Origin: Vibrio vulnificus CMCP6
GTDB taxonomy: Bacteria; Pseudomonadota; Gammaproteobacteria; Enterobacterales; Vibrionaceae
Length of the DNA stretch: 32,000 nt
Reading direction: 5' to 3'
NCBI RefSeq assembly: GCF_000039765.1
Contig: NC_004460.2
Coordinates: 540,001-572,000, forward strand
The number at the start of each line of letters is the position of its first letter. Positions within the stretch are counted from its first letter, which is position 1. The notes below the pieces were generated by a model, which saw only the letters and a list, made by a program, of their open reading frames with translations, was not told the DNA's origin and did not search any database. This document shows, piece after piece, positions 27,831 through 32,000 of the stretch. The translations under genes were made by a program, and so were the position numbers.

Positions 27831-29039
27831 ATGAATTTGAACACAATTTCATCAAAATGCTTCTTCAAAATGGACAATAAGATCCAAAACTACGACTGGG
27901 GAAGCCGCTCTGCTATTCACGATTTGTTTGGCTTCGCCAACGACGATCATCGCCCGCAAGCCGAAGTTTGGATGGGCACGCACCCCAATGGCTGCTCAAG
28001 CATTAAAGGAAGCGATGTTTCACTTTCGCTCGCCGATTTGATCCAGCACGACCAAGTCGCCTTTCTGTCTGAGCCAACCGCGAAGCAATATGGGGATTTA
28101 CCGTTTCTGTTTAAGATCCTTTCAGCAGAGCGCGCCCTCTCCATTCAAGTTCATCCGAGTAAATGCGATGCGCAAACTGGTTTTGCAAGAGAAGAGCAAC
28201 TGGGCATTCCACTAGATGCCGCTTGGCGCAACTACAAAGACGCCAACCACAAGCCCGAGTTGGTCTACGCCCTCACCGACTATCAAGCGATGAACGGCTT
28301 CCGACCCTTCGAGGAGATCCTTGTGGGATTTCGCCAATGTCACATCCCGGAGATCAACACGTATCTCGAGCAATTTGAGCAAAACACCAATGAAGCTGGC
28401 TTACGACGCTTTTTTATCGAGCTGCTCTCGATGAGCAAGCTTCGTAAACAAAACGCGCTCGATCAGCTGGTTACGTATGCCTCACTCAATCAACAACAAC
28501 CCACTTGCCAGCTGATCATTGAACTGGCTGAGCAATATCCCAATGATGTGGGCTTGTTCGCACCATTGCTCCTGAACGTGATAACACTCAAACCCGGAGA
28601 GGCAATGTTCTTAAACGCAAGGACGCCTCATGCCTACATTAAAGGCACCGGGCTTGAGATCATGGCAAACTCCGACAACGTTTTACGCGCTGGCCTAACG
28701 TCCAAACATATGGATGTGGAAGAGTTGGTGAAATGCACCGATTTTGTCTCCAAACCCGTAGAGAGCTTGCTCACCCACGCGCACATTGTCGGTTGTGAGC
28801 ATCACTTCCCCGTGCCAGTAAAGGACTTTCAGTTTTCGGTACTGTCAAAGCCAGAGAATCAGCCCATGGCAATGTCGAGCGCCGAGATACTCATGGCCAT
28901 TGATGCCGATTTGACCTTAGTGGCCTCCAACGGTGAAACCCTAACATTAAGCAAAGGGCAATCGGCCTTTATTCCGGCGTACGTCAAGACTTACGCCATC
29001 TCAAGCTCTGGGCGTATCGCTCGTGCGTTTAATGGTTAA
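27831..29039 (+). CDS. manA: Mannose-6-phosphate isomerase, class I
   Basis: IQNYDWGS, AEVWMGTHP, LPFLFK.L.A...LSIQVHP, NYKD.NHKPEL, PGEAMFL.A.TPHAY and EIMANSDNVLRAGLT.K are collinear with E. coli ManA. An alternative start at ATG 27870 aligns better with the E. coli N-terminus. Confidence 0.9.
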   Translation: MNLNTISSKCFFKMDNKIQNYDWGSRSAIHDLFGFANDDHRPQAEVWMGTHPNGCSSIKGSDVSLSLADLIQHDQVAFLSEPTAKQYGDLPFLFKILSAERALSIQVHPSKCDAQTGFAREEQLGIPLDAAWRNYKDANHKPELVYALTDYQAMNGFRPFEEILVGFRQCHIPEINTYLEQFEQNTNEAGLRRFFIELLSMSKLRKQNALDQLVTYASLNQQQPTCQLIIELAEQYPNDVGLFAPLLLNVITLKPGEAMFLNARTPHAYIKGTGLEIMANSDNVLRAGLTSKHMDVEELVKCTDFVSKPVESLLTHAHIVGCEHHFPVPVKDFQFSVLSKPENQPMAMSSAEILMAIDADLTLVASNGETLTLSKGQSAFIPAYVKTYAISSSGRIARAFNG

Positions 29040-29058
29040 ATAGTAAATGCATTTGAAA

Positions 29059-29087
29059 GTGGCAGAGCTGCGTTTCTGTCACTTTTT
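29059..29087 (+). terminator. Rho-independent terminator after manA
   Basis: Stem GTGGCAGA / TCTGTCAC (one G-U pair), 8-nt loop, followed by TTTTT. Confidence 0.65.
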
Positions 29088-29156
29088 CTGACACATAACT
29101 TCCAAGCAAACAAATCGCACCCAGAAATAGCAAACCGATAGACTGAAAAACAGAAG

Positions 29157-29190
29157 AGTAGGAACAACTTGATAGTAGGAACAACTTGAT
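29157..29190. repeat. Perfect tandem duplication, 17 bp x 2
   Basis: AGTAGGAACAACTTGAT occurs at 29157-29173 and again at 29174-29190. Located in the non-coding gap between manA and tRNA-Gly. Confidence 0.9.
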
Positions 29191-29305
29191 GAGACGAAAC
29201 GGATGAGCAAAATTCTGTAGCCAAATGAGATCGTGAAATCCAACAGTAACACTGTTAGCTTAGCTAAGAAATTCAGATTAAGTTATTGATTTTGAATCAG
29301 AGAAT

Positions 29306-29381
<76 letters not shown>

Positions 29382-29494
29382 CATCGTGAGGACGGGGTCT
29401 ACTATGCCACAACTTAGATAAAAGAAAAGCCCTAATAAGTTCAATCGGTTAATTCAGCACCAACTTCTTTCCTAGATGCTCAAATTGCGTGCAC

Positions 29495-30868
29495 TCAGTC
29501 AAATAATCGAGCAACGCACGCCTGATTTTTGCCAAGCCGCTTAGCTTGATACATCAACTTATCAGCCATCCCTAGGTCGATATGGCCATTGGAAAACGGG
29601 TAATACGCACAGCCCAAACTGATAGTCACGCCTTCGGGAACGTTATTAAATGTGAGCTTCTCGACCACATGGCACACCTTTTTAGCCAGTGCTTGTGCAT
29701 CAGTAAACGCCAAACCAAACGCGACAATGGCAAACTCTTCGCCACCAATACGAGCGTAAAGCGCGTCACTCGGCAACGTTTCATCCACCTGCGTCGCCAC
29801 ATTTTGAATCACCAGATCGCCCGTCGCATGACCATAGCTGTCGTTGATTCGTTTAAAGTCATCAATATCAAAAATCAGTACTGAAACCGATACGGCTTCA
29901 GGTGAAAGGTTTTTCAATTGCTCCATGAAGTGACGGCGATTACTGATTTGGGTTAAGTAGTCTTGTTGTGAGAGTTGCAGCAAGTTTTCATTTGCCAACT
30001 GCAATTCGCGGGTTCTTGCTTTGACGGCTCGCTTCAGCACGATGATGTAAGCAAGGGAAGTCAGCCCAAAAAGAGCAAGTATCGAAGGGAACAAAAATTT
30101 CGGGTAGACGGTTTGTACCGTGATCCAACTGGTGATCGTTCGCTCTATCAATTCTTCCCCCACCACCTTAAAACCGGCGTTAATGGTCGAAAGCAGTGCA
30201 CTCCCCTCTGCTACCGCTGGGCGAATCTCACCGGAATAGAGATAAAGTGCAGGAATAAAAGTGACGGTTTGAGCAGTGGTGTAGATATAAAAATTAGCGA
30301 CTTGGAGATCGGCAACAAAAGCGTCGATTTCTTCTCGAAACGCCGCCTCCATCATCAAGCGGTTATTCTTGAATCTAACCAGCGGTAACTTAGGGAAATG
30401 AGTTTGAACAAAGTACTCTTCATAACCCCCTTCCACCACACCCACACCTCGATTACCGTCTCCAGTGAGAAAAAAGTTGAGATCTGTCGTGATGATCCTT
30501 TGACTTAGATAGAGCTGAGTATTGATCGTCATAATAGGTTCAGCGAAATCAAACCTTAGCTCTCTTGGCTCAGACCACAACATCCCAGCGTGCACGTCTG
30601 CTTTGCCTTCTTCCACCGCGGTTAACGAATCATTCCAATCCACAAGTACAAACTCAATGTCGACACCATTTTGCTCACCGTACAGCTTCCAGAGATCAAT
30701 CAAGATGCCTCTTGGACTCCCATCTTCTGCTAGATAAGAGAACGGCTTCCAAGCCTTGGAATTGGTGACTCGAAGCGTTTTTCTTTCTTGCTCTTTAGCG
30801 CTAACAAAAATGGAAAACAGGCCAATTAAGCTGAACGCAAGCAGTAATATTGCGGATTTTTTCATCAT
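29495..30868 (-). CDS. Diguanylate cyclase with periplasmic SBP-like sensor domain (SBP_bac_3 - TM - coiled coil - GGDEF)
   Basis: Signal/TM MMKKSAILLLAFSLIGLFSIFVSA, a periplasmic family-3 binding-protein-like region, a second TM (FLFPSILALFGLTSLAYIIVL), then GGDEF with an intact RIGGEEF. Start chosen at ATG 30868; the ORF-track GTG is at 30886. Confidence 0.85.
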   Translation of the reverse strand: MMKKSAILLLAFSLIGLFSIFVSAKEQERKTLRVTNSKAWKPFSYLAEDGSPRGILIDLWKLYGEQNGVDIEFVLVDWNDSLTAVEEGKADVHAGMLWSEPRELRFDFAEPIMTINTQLYLSQRIITTDLNFFLTGDGNRGVGVVEGGYEEYFVQTHFPKLPLVRFKNNRLMMEAAFREEIDAFVADLQVANFYIYTTAQTVTFIPALYLYSGEIRPAVAEGSALLSTINAGFKVVGEELIERTITSWITVQTVYPKFLFPSILALFGLTSLAYIIVLKRAVKARTRELQLANENLLQLSQQDYLTQISNRRHFMEQLKNLSPEAVSVSVLIFDIDDFKRINDSYGHATGDLVIQNVATQVDETLPSDALYARIGGEEFAIVAFGLAFTDAQALAKKVCHVVEKLTFNNVPEGVTISLGCAYYPFSNGHIDLGMADKLMYQAKRLGKNQACVARLFD

Positions 30869-31179
30869 TGTTTTAAGTGAGTGCACCTTGTCAGGAGGAG
30901 AAATTCTCGTCCGCTATTTCTCATTGATGAACACGCCAAATTCATATGGTCAGTACAACGAAGCCATTAAAATAATTAAGCGACATGTCAATTATAAGCG
31001 TTGTTCTAGAGTTTGTAGTGATATCGTTAACGTTAGAATTTTCAATTATTGATAGAATAATAACTCTAAGCAACAGAGATTTTTATAAATTATTTTATGA
31101 CAAAAATGAGCTAAAGATCTCGCTAAGTGTTAACGTCTCTGCTACTTTATCGCCATTTTTGATCGTTTCACAATTTAAC

Positions 31180-32000
31180 ATGCCAACGCAGTACCGAATT
31201 AATAAAATCGTTGAAATTGGAGATACTCTGCATCGTAGTGGCTGTGCGCCTTACAAAGTAGAAAAGTACGCTCAATACTATGCGCAAAAACACGATGTTG
31301 ATGTCATGATTCAGGCGACGCCAACCGCGATTAACTATCAGTTTTCTGATGAAAACAACACCGTCGTCATGAAACGCCTAAAACCAGCATCCATCAACTT
31401 AAGTTTGCTGGCAAATACCATTATTCGCATTAACCAACCCAGCCATGAACCTGTCCCTGAGCCCGTTGGCTATTCCAAATGGGTGATTGCGATGGCAAAC
31501 ATGGGCATACCGCCGGCCTATTTAATGTTGGTGGGCAGCACATTAGAAGCGGTGGGAATCGCGTTTTTGCTGGGGCTGATGGTATGGCTTTGCCAGCAAG
31601 TGTTCCATTCTCGTCGTTCTATTGCAGTCGAATTTTTCTCTGCCCTGCTTACTGGTATTTGTGTCGCGTACTTAGCCAACAGTGGATTGCCGATCCCCGT
31701 CTGGGCACTGTGTGTCGCCTCGGTTATCTTGTTTGTTCCTGGCCTATCCATTGCTAACTCTTTGGAATGTTTGGCTTTTAACGATTTAATTTCCGGCACC
31801 AGTTTACTTGGCCAGAGTGCGCTCACCTTAATTAAGCTGTTTGTGGGTATTGTCATGGGGCTGAATATCGGTGAAGCGATATGGGGACAAGCGGAGTCGA
31901 TTTCCTACACCAATGAAGTGCCGTTTTGGATGCATATCTTCGGTCTATTTTTGCTGTCAATTTCACTCGGCATTTTGTTTAATGCGCGCCCAATAGACAT
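31180..32000 (+). CDS. Threonine/serine exporter (ThrE/YjjP-like) family membrane protein, 3'-truncated by the window edge
   Basis: Frame read by hand from ATG 31180 (MPTQYRINKIVEIGDTLHRSGCAPYKVEKYAQYYAQKHDVDVMIQATPTAINYQF...) stays open to 32000, 273 codons. It has a soluble N-terminal part followed by several TM helices, as in ThrE-family proteins. It is absent from the ORF track because it has no stop in the window. Confidence 0.7.
   Translation, partial: MPTQYRINKIVEIGDTLHRSGCAPYKVEKYAQYYAQKHDVDVMIQATPTAINYQFSDENNTVVMKRLKPASINLSLLANTIIRINQPSHEPVPEPVGYSKWVIAMANMGIPPAYLMLVGSTLEAVGIAFLLGLMVWLCQQVFHSRRSIAVEFFSALLTGICVAYLANSGLPIPVWALCVASVILFVPGLSIANSLECLAFNDLISGTSLLGQSALTLIKLFVGIVMGLNIGEAIWGQAESISYTNEVPFWMHIFGLFLLSISLGILFNARPID

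Noticed and set aside
29157-29190. Possible CRISPR-like or array repeat
   Set aside because: There are only two contiguous 17-bp copies with no spacers, and no cas genes are in the window. It is a simple tandem duplication.
31479-31856. Overlapping ORFs 31479..31757 (+) and 31518..31856 (-)
   Set aside because: Both lie inside the longer open frame from 31180 that encodes a coherent ThrE-like membrane protein. They are out-of-frame or antisense shadows.

Overview
This window looks like gammaproteobacterial chromosome. The proteins look Vibrio-like, but that is my recognition only and is unverified. It is dominated by metabolism and stress genes. I saw no CRISPR array, transposase, integrase, phage gene or recognisable defence module. 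Layout: (1) an orphan periplasmic binding protein and a decayed RES-toxin remnant (0.2-1.5 kb). (2) A LiuR-type branched-chain amino acid catabolic region (1.5-14.5 kb). It has a 7-gene minus-strand Ile/Val operon (thiolase, mmsA, acyl-CoA dehydrogenase, enoyl-CoA hydratase, 3-hydroxyisobutyryl-CoA hydrolase, mmsB, SDR). This operon is divergent from liuR-ivd-MCC beta-methylglutaconyl-CoA hydratase-HMG-CoA lyase, and two palindromic boxes sit in the shared control region. The MCC alpha (biotin carboxylase/BCCP) gene that normally lies between the hydratase and the lyase is absent. (3) ahpC-ahpF with a near-consensus OxyR tetramer site. (4) A cspA-family gene followed by an AT-rich patch of tiny ORFs. 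(5) A CaCA (YrbG-like) antiporter whose long leader carries what I read as a yybP-ykoY (Mn2+) riboswitch plus a terminator hairpin. (6) A tetR-curA-gst module with a 22-bp operator-like element present twice. (7) A small two-repeat lipoprotein. (8) uhpT-uhpA-uhpB-uhpC-manA, where the uhpT promoter reproduces the E. coli CRP(-103.5)/UhpA(-64) geometry. (9) tRNA-Gly(UCC). (10) A periplasmic-sensor GGDEF cyclase. (11) The 5' part of a ThrE-family exporter that runs off the right edge. I found no convincing evidence for a wholly new multi-gene system. The observations most worth follow-up are the riboswitch-controlled CaCA transporter, the liu operon lacking its alpha subunit, the RES remnant and the small-ORF patch.
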